A stretch of 64,000 nucleotides of DNA from an uncultured Eubacteriales bacterium (GTDB lineage: Bacteria; Bacillota; Clostridia; Oscillospirales; CAG-272): the NCBI GenBank assembly GCA_900546635.1, contig URDS01000001.1, forward strand, positions 13,306 to 77,305. Reading direction: 5' to 3'. The notes under the pieces are model-generated. The model made no database searches, was not told where the DNA came from, and saw only the letters and a program-made list of their open reading frames with translations. Below, piece after piece: positions 62,893 through 64,000 of the stretch. Every line of letters starts with the position of its first letter. Positions within the stretch are counted from its first letter, which is position 1. A program made the position numbers and the translations under genes.

Positions 62893-64000
62893 TGAATGCT
62901 TTAGGACTTCGTGTCCGCCGTCTTTTTTCAACGCAGTATATGGTAAAAGAAAATGAACGGCTTGGAGAATTACCGCCCAGCAGAGAGGCGTATTTGACGT
63001 TTTCATCGCTCGCTTGGCCTGCAATGATCGAATCTATGTTTGTCGTCATGGCGGGATTTATCGATACAATTATGGTCAGCGGCGCCAGTGATACGGCGAT
63101 TGCGGCTGTGGGAATTACAACGCAGCCGAGAATGTTGTTTTATGTTCTGTTTTTTGCTATGAGTTCGGCTACCGTCGCTTTGGTCAGCCGCCGCTTCGGC
63201 GAGAATGATCGTGAGGGGGCAAATCGATGCATTGCGCAGACGTTCAGTATCAGTATTTGGCTTGTTGTGTTTTCACTTGTTACGGCGTTTCTCACAGCCG
63301 AGCCGCTTTTGCGGTTCGCCGGCGCGAAAGCGGATACGATGCCGGAGGCGCTTGTATATTTCAAGATTACGATCGTCGGATTGATGATTCACAGCCTCGG
63401 TATTGTGCTGAACTCCGGTCAGCGCGGAGTGGGCAAGACCCGTATCACCATGCGGTCTTCGATGACCGGAAATCTGATAAATATTGTTTTTAATTATTTT
63501 TTAATCAACGGTATTTGGATTTTTCCCGAGATGGGCGTAAAAGGCGCGGCAATCGCAACGCTGATCGGGCATATTTGCTCTTTTTTGGTTTCACTGAGTT
63601 CGTTTTTTATAAAAGATTCTTATTTGAAACTGCATGTAAAATATTTTCTCCGGTATGAAAAAAGCACTTTGCAGGCGCTTTTTCGTGTCGGCAGCGGCGC
63701 CGGAGTCGAGCAGCTTTTTGTGCGTGTCGGTATGTTTATGTTTGCAAAGGTCGTGGCTGAACTCGGCACAGACGCAATGACCACGCATCAGATTTGTATG
63801 AATATTATCAATCTGTCTTTCGCTTGCGGAGACGGACTCGGCGTCGCCGCAACGGCGATGGTCGGTCAGAATTTGGGACGCGGCCGTCCGGATGTTTCCC
63901 TGATGTACGGCAAGGTTGCCCAGCGTATTGCATGGGGATTTTCGTCCGTGCTGTTTATATTCTTCTGCACCTGCGGCCGGTTCCTGATAGCGCTTTTTAC
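62893..64000 (+). CDS. MATE family efflux transporter (3' end beyond window)
   Basis: The frame is open from the ATG at 62893 to the window end and is not in the ORF track because there is no stop. MATE-like TM pattern (LAWPAMIESMF..., GQRGVGKT, GVKGAAIAT). Confidence 0.85.

Overview
This 64-kb window looks like Firmicutes/Clostridia chromosome (probably Oscillospiraceae/Ruminococcaceae-like), moderately GC-rich and densely coding. All calls rest on reading the translated ORFs, recognising motifs and inspecting intergenic sequence by eye; no searches were run.

Most of the window is core housekeeping:
- A luxS-mntP operon.
- A 10-kb purE-purF-purM-purN-purD-purL-fhs operon behind a ZTP riboswitch.
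- plsY, ligA, ispD/ispF, rpe and rpsT.
- rpoB-rpoC and the str operon (rpsL-rpsG-fusA-tuf).
- metK, recD2, comFC, mreB and a MATE pump that runs off the 3' end.

Four riboswitch classes are recognisable with their expression platforms: preQ1-I upstream of queT, ZTP upstream of the pur operon, FMN upstream of ribU, and SAM-I upstream of metK.

The only clearly accessory segment is 5.9-18.4 kb. It holds a tandem array of three giant paralogous secreted proteins of 1253, 1443 and 1256 aa. Each carries three copies of an unassigned beta-helix-like module followed by a GH43 propeller, and each has a different surface-anchoring signal.

The best candidates for something undescribed are:
- That gene array and its repeated N-terminal module.
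- A ~230-nt GC-rich multi-hairpin RNA candidate at 33.48-33.71 kb, built around three copies of a self-complementary 10-mer with terminator/antiterminator logic.
- A promoter-to-terminator unit in the 443-bp spacer inside the array.
- A ~140-nt unassigned leader in front of the ZTP aptamer.

I saw no CRISPR arrays, transposases, integrases, tRNAs or rRNAs.
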